27,055 bases of DNA, taken from contig NZ_JAYKGW010000227.1 in assembly GCF_035285525.1 (NCBI RefSeq), positions 1 to 27,055 of the forward strand. Reading direction: 5' to 3'. The DNA is from Okeania sp. Lineage in GTDB: Bacteria; Cyanobacteriota; Cyanobacteriia; Cyanobacteriales; Microcoleaceae. The notes beneath the pieces were generated by a model. That model did no database searches, had not been told where the DNA came from, and saw nothing but the letters and a program-made list of their open reading frames with translations. Below, piece by piece: positions 9,085 through 16,490 of the stretch (its first letter is position 1; each line of letters opens with the position of its first letter). Both the position numbers and the translations under genes were made by a program.

Positions 9085-9272
9085 AGTTGATACCAATATT
9101 TTAAGTTCGCTATTTGACTAGAGATGATCAATTACAGTGGGAAAAAGCACTAGAGATTATTAGAGAAAATCAGCCATGTTTTGTTTCTAATGTGGATAGC
9201 CGTCTTTTATCTTATGATCTTGAGGAGTTTGAGGAAGACATTAAAACTTTGCAGGAAATGGGTAGGTTATGA
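9077..9272 (+). pseudogene. vapC: Decayed vapC (frameshifted, truncated) fused to a 3' remnant of the immunity-like gene
   Basis: MIEVDTNILSSLFD then a stop at 9119-9121. It continues in another frame as RDDQLQWEKALEIIRENQPCFVSNV (PIN N-terminal region). It then joins gtggatagccgtcttttatct (9192-9212), which matches 10693-10713 with one mismatch. Confidence 0.6.
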
Positions 9273-9379
9273 TTGTTATCAGTCTAATACAAACTTTAGT
9301 AAGCTACAACTCTGGGTAGCGATCGCTAATAATATGTTAAAATCCAAATAAGCCTATTTATTGTATTTGAAAATTAGTT

Positions 9380-9706
9380 ATGTCTAAAACATCTACAATT
9401 ACAGAACACATTGAAATTACTCCAGGAATTTGTGGTGGAAAACCTCGGATTGCTGGCCATCGAATTAGAGTAGAAGATATTGTTATCTGCCATGAAAAAA
9501 TGGGTTTTTCACCAGATGAAATTGTCTCTCAATATCCTAGTATTACTTTAGCTGATGTTTATGCTGCTTTGACTTATTATCACGATCATTTAGAAGAGAT
9601 TAGGCAGCAAATTTTGGAGGATGAAGAATTTGCTAGAGCAATGCAAGCTGAAACTCCTTCTTTAGTGGCAAAAAAATTACGAGAAAGTTATGGCAGAAAA
9701 GATTAA
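9380..9706 (+). CDS. DUF433-domain protein (antitoxin-like)
   Basis: 108-aa ORF with the ITPGICGGKPRIAGHRIRVEDIV signature of DUF433. It overlaps the next gene by 17 nt. Confidence 0.8.
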   Translation: MSKTSTITEHIEITPGICGGKPRIAGHRIRVEDIVICHEKMGFSPDEIVSQYPSITLADVYAALTYYHDHLEEIRQQILEDEEFARAMQAETPSLVAKKLRESYGRKD

Positions 9707-10025
9707 ATTTCATCTAGATGAAAATGCTCCTAATGCAATAGCTGGTGGTTTAAGGCGACGAAATATTGATGTAACTACTACTTCTGAGGCTAGTTTAATT
9801 TCTCTGTCAGATGAAGAACAATTGATATTTGCTACGAATCAAAATCGGGTTATTTTTACTCAGGATAGAGATTTTTTGCGACTGCATTATGCTGGTTTTT
9901 CACATAGTGGAATTGCTTATTGTGTTAAGGGCAGTCGTTCAATAGGTGAAATTTTACGCGGACTAATTCTGATTTGGGAAGTATTGGAACCTGAAGATAT
10001 GATTGGAAAAGTTGAGTTTTTGTAA
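9690..10025 (+). CDS. DUF5615-family PIN-like nuclease (toxin-like partner of DUF433)
   Basis: 111-aa ORF containing KFHLDENAPNAIAGGLRRRNIDV and FTQDRDF. The DUF433/DUF5615 pairing is a recurrent two-gene module. Confidence 0.7.
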   Translation: MAEKIKFHLDENAPNAIAGGLRRRNIDVTTTSEASLISLSDEEQLIFATNQNRVIFTQDRDFLRLHYAGFSHSGIAYCVKGSRSIGEILRGLILIWEVLEPEDMIGKVEFL

Positions 10026-10150
10026 TCTAAAAGGTTTTGCTAGAAAGCGATCGCTTCTAAAATCTGGTTGGTTTAGGAAGGAGTAATTGCCTCTTGATAA
10101 CAACTATTCTTAGCAAAAGATTGTATAATTTAGTAATGATGTAGATTTCC

Positions 10151-10501
10151 GTGAATGGTATTAACCGCGAATTAATTTCCCATCCGAGAACTAGCTTATT
10201 TGATAAACACCTTCCTGGTACGCCTCAAGTAGCAAGACTATTGAGGAAGGAAGGAAAAGCCCATGTTTTTAAAGATCGTGCTACAATGGAATTTGTCGTG
10301 GGGGCTATTATTCAAAGGGGAGAACTAACAGGAGTTGAGGATGAAAATGATGACTACGAACGTTATGGACTTTATTTTGACGAACCGATAGGTTATCAGA
10401 TTAGAGCAGATGGTAGCAGTATTCCACTTTATTATGCTGAAATAAAAATTGTTAAAGGAGGTAATTTATACCATGTTATCCCTCCCACAAAACCTCGTTG
10501 A
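10151..10501 (+). CDS. Hypothetical protein, possible orphan toxin C-terminal domain
   Basis: 116-aa ORF with only a GTG start and no obvious SD, so it may be 5'-truncated. It overlaps a small downstream ORF by 29 nt. I recognised no family. Confidence 0.45.
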   Translation: MNGINRELISHPRTSLFDKHLPGTPQVARLLRKEGKAHVFKDRATMEFVVGAIIQRGELTGVEDENDDYERYGLYFDEPIGYQIRADGSSIPLYYAEIKIVKGGNLYHVIPPTKPR

Positions 10502-10730
10502 GGTAGGCAATGATTGGGAATTTATTGAGTTATGGGTAGAGCCAATTGTTTTTCCGCCTCGCATTTTGATGTTAGCTGGTGGCAAACAAGGAAATTTTTG
10601 TATTTATGATGCTACTGCTAACTACAAACCTTTGTTTGAGAGCGCTATTTATGATGAAGCCCACTCGTGGTTAGTTGAAGATGATTATGAGCGGGTGGAT
10701 GGCCGTCTTTTATCTGGGGAATTTTTTTAG
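10473..10730 (+). CDS. Hypothetical small acidic protein, possible immunity/antitoxin partner
   Basis: ATG at 10473 is preceded by AAGGAGG (10455-10461); the track start at 10449 is a TTG. 85 aa. Its 5' and 3' ends recur as remnants at 8650-8736 and 9192-9212. Confidence 0.5.
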   Translation: MLSLPQNLVEVGNDWEFIELWVEPIVFPPRILMLAGGKQGNFCIYDATANYKPLFESAIYDEAHSWLVEDDYERVDGRLLSGEFF

Positions 10731-10869
10731 CATTGGGGCGATCGCTCCTCAAATCTGGTTTGTTGACGAAGGAGCGATCGCTCTTGTTTAAAAATTGGGA
10801 TGGGATATGAGGGAGCTGTTGCCTTTCGTTAACTAATATGTTATAGTTTATAATTTTCAGAAAATTGAT

Positions 10870-11214
10870 AGCTGTAGGTTGGGTTGTTTGCGTTAGCATT
10901 GCGGAGCATGGAACGTTAGCGGAGCTTATCCGTAGGATCAACCCAACATTAGTAGGGTTTTGTTGGGTTTCACTCCGTTCAACCCAACTACATTTGCGTA
11001 AGTCCTAATAAATCCGTATATCCGTGGCCAAATCACTGTCTAGCTGTAGGTTGGGTTGTTTGCGTTAGCATTGCGGAGCATGGAACGTTAGCGGAGCTTA
11101 TCCGTAGGATCAACCCAACATTAGTAGGGTTTTGTTGGGTTTCACTCCGTTCAACCCAACCTACATTTGCGTCAGTCCTAATAAATCCGTATATCCGTGG
11201 CTAAATCACTGTCT
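10870..11214. repeat. Near-identical tandem duplication of a 172/173-bp structured unit
   Basis: Copy 1 is 10870-11041 and copy 2 is 11042-11214. I see only three differences: one 1-nt indel and two substitutions. Each unit holds a long hairpin (gtaggttgggttg ... caacccaac) and a second hairpin (gttgggtttcactccgttcaacccaac). A third unit starts (agct) and overlaps the TAG stop of the gene ending at 11217. Confidence 0.9.
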
Positions 11215-11216
11215 AG

Positions 11217-12632
11217 CTAAAGCTTCTTAATCCCCCTTAAAGCCATAATTTTCTGAATAATAACAGTGAATCCTGCTCCCATAACACCAAAAAATAAACT
11301 TAAAAATAGGGTTTGAGTCAAAGGATGGAGATGAAAATCAGGCAACAGAGGTTTTTCCGGTTCTTGGGCAATTATATATGGAGCAACTGTGGCACCAACT
11401 GCTCCTGACGTCAAACCTACACCCATAATAGCTATGGTATTTTGGAAAGAGCGATCGCTTTCTGTTTGTTCGATATCTACTCTACCCTGAATAGCTGTCA
11501 TCGCTTTTTCTAGTAATGTAGCTCCATGCTGAAAGTAGCCTAAGTCCGATTGGAGTTGTTCTCTAAATAAGCGATAGTCTTCATCAAAAAATTGAGACAG
11601 GAAACTAAGATTTTCTCCTGGAAGTTGGCTTTGAATATCATTTATTTCTCGTTTATAGTTTTGGGCGTTGATATCAATAGTTAAGCGATAGTTATCTAGC
11701 TCACGAGTAAATTGATTATATGATAAATATTTTTGGGGAATCTCTTTTAAGTATTTTTTGAATTGATTTAATTCTTTTTCAGTTAGCTTTTTATCAACTG
11801 GCATTCCCTGGAAAATTTCCTGAATATAGGATTCAATAGCTAGATACTCCTTGCGAAGTACATCGTGGACTTGACGACTAAGTTTGTAAGCTGTGACTAC
11901 TTTGTTTAAATAACAAAATAGATTCACAAAGGATGAATAATAGTGGGTAAATTTCCTGTCGGTTTCAGTTTCACAGAATATCCAAACCACTACATGGCAG
12001 TAGTCCTTTCCTTGAGTAGGAACACCGTATTCAAAAATAGGACTGCCAAATAATTGACTTTCTCGATAAAAGTCAGGACAAGAATATTCGTTAGGAATAA
12101 ATCCTCTCAAACAATTATCTGCCAGTTCCCTAAGTTTTTGGCGATTTTGTAAAGATTTCCTCGGCAACCACTGTTTTTCCTGTGTGTACCAAACTGTTAA
12201 GAGCAAAGTTTGACCAAGAGAACTCCCTATTTCAGTAGGCATTAAGCATCCTGAAGGATTAAGAAGTTTCAGAAAGTTCGGGTTTAGGGGATTTGTTTTT
12301 TTCCCATTCTCGTCTAACTCGGGACGGCGAATATTGAGAGCGAGGGTGTAGGTATCGTGAATGCGGATGGGAGCAGCAACTCCCGTAATAGGGAGTTGTG
12401 TCCCATCTAGGAAGACTTGACTCTCAAAATGGAGAGCCACATCATCCTCTGTTTTATGTTTGAGCAAGTCAACGCGATATCCTATTTGCTCCTCAATTTC
12501 TAGGGGTTGGGTAAGGCCAAATTTCCGGGACAGAATGGTATTGCATTTGTCCCAGAGTAGGTTAGGGCGATCGCTTTCTTTTAAATGAAAAGCAAATAAA
12601 TGGACATTAGGAGCATAGACTTTTTTAATCAT
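11217..12632 (-). CDS. Candidate membrane effector: soluble N-domain, coiled coil, two C-terminal glycine-zipper TM helices
   Basis: Long ORF. The first ATG is at 12632 (MIKKVYAPNV) and overlaps the upstream stop as ATGATTAA; the track start at 12665 is a TTG. TM1 IAIMGVGLTSGAVGATVAPYII is at 11370-11435 and TM2 LTQTLFLSLFFGVMGAGFTVIIQ is at 11253-11321. A heptad-rich region precedes them. I recognised no family. Confidence 0.8.
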   Translation of the reverse strand: MIKKVYAPNVHLFAFHLKESDRPNLLWDKCNTILSRKFGLTQPLEIEEQIGYRVDLLKHKTEDDVALHFESQVFLDGTQLPITGVAAPIRIHDTYTLALNIRRPELDENGKKTNPLNPNFLKLLNPSGCLMPTEIGSSLGQTLLLTVWYTQEKQWLPRKSLQNRQKLRELADNCLRGFIPNEYSCPDFYRESQLFGSPIFEYGVPTQGKDYCHVVVWIFCETETDRKFTHYYSSFVNLFCYLNKVVTAYKLSRQVHDVLRKEYLAIESYIQEIFQGMPVDKKLTEKELNQFKKYLKEIPQKYLSYNQFTRELDNYRLTIDINAQNYKREINDIQSQLPGENLSFLSQFFDEDYRLFREQLQSDLGYFQHGATLLEKAMTAIQGRVDIEQTESDRSFQNTIAIMGVGLTSGAVGATVAPYIIAQEPEKPLLPDFHLHPLTQTLFLSLFFGVMGAGFTVIIQKIMALRGIKKL

Positions 12633-12999
12633 TGTTCTGATTTTGGTCAGGTTGTGCTGATTCAAATTCAGTTGAGTCGGTTCTTTCGGATAGTTTTTCC
12701 TTAACCTTTTCGCTCAATTCTGGGAAGGTATTGGTGATACGAGCAGATTCATTTGCCTTCGAGGGTGGGACTTTTGTCAACTCTTTAGTATTTTGTAGAT
12801 TCTCTAGTCTTATAAGAGCATCAACTATAGACGGTCTTGTTTTACACCAATCTCCAAGAATGAGGTCGGCATTTTTTGGGGGATCATTCTCTAGGGGAGC
12901 CAAGGTTTGCTGCAAGTCTTGGAGGTCAGCAGTAGAAAACAGTTCAGGCTCGGTTTCTAAAAGAAGGGGGAAATTTTGGAGAAAAGGGTTAGTAATCAT
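12625..12999 (-). CDS. Small acidic hypothetical protein (operon member)
   Basis: 124-aa ORF with ATG start. The N-terminal half is acidic and the tail is low-complexity (SERTDSTEFESAQPDQNQNND). It lies 75 nt downstream of the CHAT gene and is translationally coupled to the next gene. Confidence 0.6.
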   Translation of the reverse strand: MITNPFLQNFPLLLETEPELFSTADLQDLQQTLAPLENDPPKNADLILGDWCKTRPSIVDALIRLENLQNTKELTKVPPSKANESARITNTFPELSEKVKEKLSERTDSTEFESAQPDQNQNND

Positions 13000-13074
13000 T
13001 TTTAATCAAGATTTTAAATTATAAGTTGACTGGTGATGCTTTTGAGTCAAATGGACTGAACAAAAGCTTAAAGC

Positions 13075-16000
13075 TTACTTTCCAACAGTGCAGAAAGCTG
13101 CCCAGTGGTAAGGATCTTGGTAGAGTTGTCTGTCCGAAGGAAGGAAATATAGATATCCTTGAATCCTTTGGGCAAGCTCTTCTTCTAATTTTAACTTACT
13201 TGTCCACTTTTGTAGTTCTGCTACTGTAACATCCCGCAACCATAGTTGAGCTTGCTTGAGAGCCATAGCAACAGTTAGGCCAGACTTGAGGTTTTGATAA
13301 AACTTGATGAGTAAAAAAGCTGCGGATACTTGATTCACTGACCACAAACTGCTGACAACATTTGACGCACCTGCATAGAGGAAAGCACTGGGTAAACCAA
13401 TATATTCATCACTCCAGGATGTTAAGTCAATCAATCCTGTTTCACAAGCAGAGAGGGTTGCGAGGCGACATTGATTGAGGTTGAATCCAAAGATTTCTGC
13501 GAGAGTAAGTCTCCCATCTTTTTGAACATCATCTTTAGCTAGAGAAAGTGCAGAGGCATTGGCTATACCTAAGTTAAAGTTGCCATGACAGGAAAAATGA
13601 ATACAGTGGGATGACTGGAGGTGGGAGTTAGTTTTGACTTTTGCTTTCTTAGCATCTTTTCCAACTAAGACATCGACTGAATCAAAGTTGGAAAGAATTG
13701 CTTGTACTTCTATGTCTGCATAGATTAGATCCTCTGTCGGGTTTTGAACAGCAAACAGTTGGCTGAAGTAGGGACGTTCTCGTTTTTGAGTAAGTTGCAA
13801 TAGTTGGTTACTAGGAGCATAACTTACTCCTCCACTAAAGCGCTCGATAAGCAGATCGCCATTTGCTAGGGGCATAGCATGGAGAGGAAATAGATGTAGG
13901 TAGCGATGAGGAATCAGGATAAGACGGTTACACTTAATTCCTTGTTTGTCAAAGATGTTATCTATTGTTGTTAAGAGGCGATCGATTTCTAGGATATCAG
14001 CCAAATCTTTAAGACTAGAAGCTAAATTATTTCTCCACTGCTTTTTCTGCCGACGATACCCATCTAAATAGTCACCTGCCCAATCAATTAAAGACTTAAG
14101 TTCTTCAGCGGATGATTCTTGAACTATAGGTTGAACGCCATTGTTAGTTACGATAAAAGTTAATATTTTATCTTTAACAAGATACCATTGGATAATGACA
14201 GTCTGTTCGTCAATAAGATTTTGAATATCTCTATAGGAAATTAGTTCTACCCTCTGAGTTAGGTTGAAACTGGGATCTATACGTTGAATTTGATCTAGTA
14301 CCTCATTTAGCTGCTGTTGTGACTCCTGTAATTCTTGCTGTAGTCGCTTCTCTGAATTTTCTGACGCTCGTCTCTGCCTATTTAATAGTTGAAACTCATT
14401 TCCTGATAGTTGCTTTCTATCTATTTGTAACCGTTTTTCCAGTGATGTTATATTTCGCCGTAGCGAGTCTAGCTGAGTAATTATTTCTTGGGGAATATTC
14501 CCTTTTGGATAAAGATCGCTTCTGGCTAGACGCTCCACTAGGTTACGAGTTTTACTGCGCTCCACAATTTCGATGGCTTTATCAACCTGTCCTAGATTAA
14601 TGTATGCTTGCACCTGATTTTCATAAACCTCCATTGCCCCTTCCATAATCTCTTGGCGACGCTCATCAGTGTTTACCCAACTGCGGCTGATTTCGGCCGC
14701 AATCATGGCTGTTTCATAATTTTCAGTTGCTAGTTGCCAATTTCCCTTATCAAAGTATAAGTCACCTAATGTGTAGGCAGTTATAAAATGGTTAGAGGGA
14801 TTTGCTTCAATAGTGTAAATTTGAAGAGCTTTTTGCAAGCTAGCAATAGCAAATTCGATATTTTCTGCTTTGTCTCCTTTGATTCTGTCCCTGTAGGCAG
14901 TGCTGATATTATTTTGAATTCTTGCCCAGTCGTAGGGAAAGTTATTTTTTGTGTAAATTTGGAGAGCCTGTTCATATGCAGCAATAGCGAATTCAATATT
15001 TTCTGCTTTGTCTTCTTTGATTCTCTTTGCGTAAGCAGTGCCGATATTGTTTTGAGTGCTTGCCCAGTCGTAAGGAAAGTTGTTTTGTGTGTGAACATGG
15101 AGCGCTTGTTCGTATGCAGCAATAGCGGATTCAATATTTTCTGCTTTCTCTCCTATGATTCTATGGGAGTAGGCAATACCAAGGTTGTTTTGAGTGCTTG
15201 CCCAGTTGTCAGGAAAGCTGTTTTCAGTGAAAACTTGGAGAGCTTGTTCGTATGCAACAATAGCAGATTCGATATTCTCTGATTTGTTTCCTTTGATTCT
15301 GTCAGTGTAAGCACTGCCAAGATTGTTTTGAGTTTCTGCCCAGTTGTATGGGAAGTCAATTTTGTCATTAACTTGGAGAGCTTGTCCGTATGCAGCAATA
15401 GCAAATTCAATGTTCTCTGCTTTATCTCCTTTGATTCTGTCAGTGTAAGCATTCCCAAGATTGTTTTGAGTTTCTGCCCAGGGGTGGGGGTACTGAGTTT
15501 TAGTGCGAACCTGGAGAGCTTTTTTATATGCACTAATAGCAGATTCAATATTTTCTGCTTTGTCTCCTCTGATTCTTTTTTTGTAAGCACTCCCAAGATT
15601 GTTTTGAGTAGATGCCCATTCAATACGGAACTTAGTTTTGGTGTAAACCTGGAGAGCTTCTTGATGTAAATTAATTGCAAATTCGATGTTCTTTGCTTTG
15701 TTGCCTCTGATTCTGCGACTGTAGGCAACCCCGAGATTGTTCTTAGTCATTGCCCACTGCTTGGGAAACTTGTTTTTGGTGCGAACTTGAAGAGCTTGTT
15801 CGTATGCAGCAATAGCAAATTCAATATTCTCTGCTTTGTTGCCTCTGATTCTGTTTCTGTAGGCCATACCAAAATTGTGCTTAATTTTTGCCCATTTTTC
15901 TGGATACCTCTTTCTGGTAAGGATTGTTTCTGCTATATGATAACCTGCGATTGCAATTTCTACATTAACTGCTCTATTTCCCCGAGTAAATTTCATTATG

Positions 16001-16374
16001 TGGAAGGAAAACTCCCAAATTGCTTCAGCAATGCGTTCGGCAGTTTCCGGTTTAGCTTCTGGTTTAACTTCAGAAAATACAGAAGTTGCCCAGATTTTCA
16101 AGGTATCAATAAAGTCATCATCAAGCTCTTGTAGTAATACCTTGACAGATTGATCCCCCCTCACATCCCCTCTACTCTCAAGAATCCTTTGTAATATTTC
16201 AACCAAAAAATCTAGCTGAGATTTAAGGTGATCTGGTAATTTTTCTCTGGTTTCAGAGCTTGCCTTTAAATTCTTGAAATTCAAGTCTACAGCCAAAAAT
16301 CTGTCCTGTAGAAGTGAAGGTTTTAAAATGATTGCTATAGGTAGGAAAATATCGTGCAAACTTTCTTTTAACAT
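13075..16374 (-). CDS. TPR-repeat CHAT-domain (caspase-like) protease
   Basis: 1099-aa ORF with ATG start. It has nine 46-aa repeats ([32 protein letters not shown]...), a coiled coil (LEKRLQIDRKQL...QQELQESQQQLNEVLDQIQ) and a C-terminal CHAT domain. The His motif is IHFSCHG (His930 codon 13585-13587) and the Cys motif is TLSACETG (Cys977 codon 13444-13446). Confidence 0.95.
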   Translation of the reverse strand: MLKESLHDIFLPIAIILKPSLLQDRFLAVDLNFKNLKASSETREKLPDHLKSQLDFLVEILQRILESRGDVRGDQSVKVLLQELDDDFIDTLKIWATSVFSEVKPEAKPETAERIAEAIWEFSFHIMKFTRGNRAVNVEIAIAGYHIAETILTRKRYPEKWAKIKHNFGMAYRNRIRGNKAENIEFAIAAYEQALQVRTKNKFPKQWAMTKNNLGVAYSRRIRGNKAKNIEFAINLHQEALQVYTKTKFRIEWASTQNNLGSAYKKRIRGDKAENIESAISAYKKALQVRTKTQYPHPWAETQNNLGNAYTDRIKGDKAENIEFAIAAYGQALQVNDKIDFPYNWAETQNNLGSAYTDRIKGNKSENIESAIVAYEQALQVFTENSFPDNWASTQNNLGIAYSHRIIGEKAENIESAIAAYEQALHVHTQNNFPYDWASTQNNIGTAYAKRIKEDKAENIEFAIAAYEQALQIYTKNNFPYDWARIQNNISTAYRDRIKGDKAENIEFAIASLQKALQIYTIEANPSNHFITAYTLGDLYFDKGNWQLATENYETAMIAAEISRSWVNTDERRQEIMEGAMEVYENQVQAYINLGQVDKAIEIVERSKTRNLVERLARSDLYPKGNIPQEIITQLDSLRRNITSLEKRLQIDRKQLSGNEFQLLNRQRRASENSEKRLQQELQESQQQLNEVLDQIQRIDPSFNLTQRVELISYRDIQNLIDEQTVIIQWYLVKDKILTFIVTNNGVQPIVQESSAEELKSLIDWAGDYLDGYRRQKKQWRNNLASSLKDLADILEIDRLLTTIDNIFDKQGIKCNRLILIPHRYLHLFPLHAMPLANGDLLIERFSGGVSYAPSNQLLQLTQKRERPYFSQLFAVQNPTEDLIYADIEVQAILSNFDSVDVLVGKDAKKAKVKTNSHLQSSHCIHFSCHGNFNLGIANASALSLAKDDVQKDGRLTLAEIFGFNLNQCRLATLSACETGLIDLTSWSDEYIGLPSAFLYAGASNVVSSLWSVNQVSAAFLLIKFYQNLKSGLTVAMALKQAQLWLRDVTVAELQKWTSKLKLEEELAQRIQGYLYFLPSDRQLYQDPYHWAAFCTVGK
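14790..15985. repeat. Intragenic 138-bp (46-codon) tandem repeat array, about 9 units
   Basis: The ENIE(F/S)AI motif recurs at residues 137/183/229/275/321/367/413/459/505 of the CHAT protein, exactly 46 aa apart. DNA-level similarity between units generates several stop-free shadow ORFs on both strands. Confidence 0.85.
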
Positions 16375-16389
16375 ATTAATTACTACATA

Positions 16390-16490
16390 AATAATTTTCT
16401 GAATAGAGAAAGCTTCTTTTACAGATCATCGCGAAAACTTTGTTTTAGTGCCTCAATAAATTTCTGAATAGAGAAAGCTTCTTTTACAGA
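16390..16490. repeat. 36-nt direct repeat pair (16390-16425 and 16455-16490, one mismatch) at the junction of the ClpN-TPR and CHAT genes
   Basis: aataa(t/a)tttctgaatagagaaagcttcttttacaga is read twice, 65 nt apart. See the finding at 16374-16490. Confidence 0.9.

Noticed and set aside
7971-10730. Integron-style cassette array (same-strand small genes, many TA modules).
   Set aside because: There is no intI gene and no recurring attC-like imperfect inverted repeats with GTTRRRY ends between cassettes. The observed junction repeats are HIP1/hairpin types instead. This stays unresolved without wider context.
10645-10941. 98-aa minus-strand ORF.
   Set aside because: It spans an intergenic HIP1-rich stretch and the first 172-bp repeat unit. 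It overlaps the 3' end of the 10473-10730 gene, and its composition looks like translated repeat.
10870-11214. CRISPR array.
   Set aside because: The units are 172 bp and directly abutting with no unique spacers. No cas genes are present in the window.
11217-12665. Calling the 2TM protein a gasdermin, CorA or SLATT homolog.
   Set aside because: Its size and TM placement do not fit gasdermins, there is no GMN motif for CorA, and the TM pair is C-terminal after a coiled coil. I note only the topological resemblance, and homology needs a profile or structure search.
12731-13229. Plus-strand ORFs 12731-13024 and 13026-13229.
   Set aside because: They are antisense to the small acidic ORF and to the 3' end of the CHAT gene, and are Ser/Arg/Phe-rich with no motifs. 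Operon logic favours the minus-strand genes.
14781-16134. Five ORFs of 113-191 aa on both strands inside the CHAT gene (14781-15134, 14788-15282, 15153-15728, 15328-15669, 15787-16134).
   Set aside because: They are shadow frames kept open by the 138-bp repeat periodicity. Their products are low-complexity echoes of the repeat, and they lie entirely within a 1099-aa ORF that has clear domain content.
13075-16374. Type III-E Craspase (Csx29) identity for the TPR-CHAT protein.
   Set aside because: There is no gRAMP/Cas7-11, csx30/31, rpoE or CRISPR array nearby. The N-terminal module and 46-aa repeats are the common stand-alone cyanobacterial TPR-CHAT architecture. I use only the mechanistic analogy.
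16419-16428. Programmed ribosomal frameshift joining the ClpN-TPR and CHAT frames.
   Set aside because: The CHAT frame opens only 3-4 nt before the ClpN-TPR stop (TGA at 16426-16428, TAA at 16419-16421), and there is no slippery heptamer there. A DNA-level repeat deletion or expansion explains the frame relationship better.
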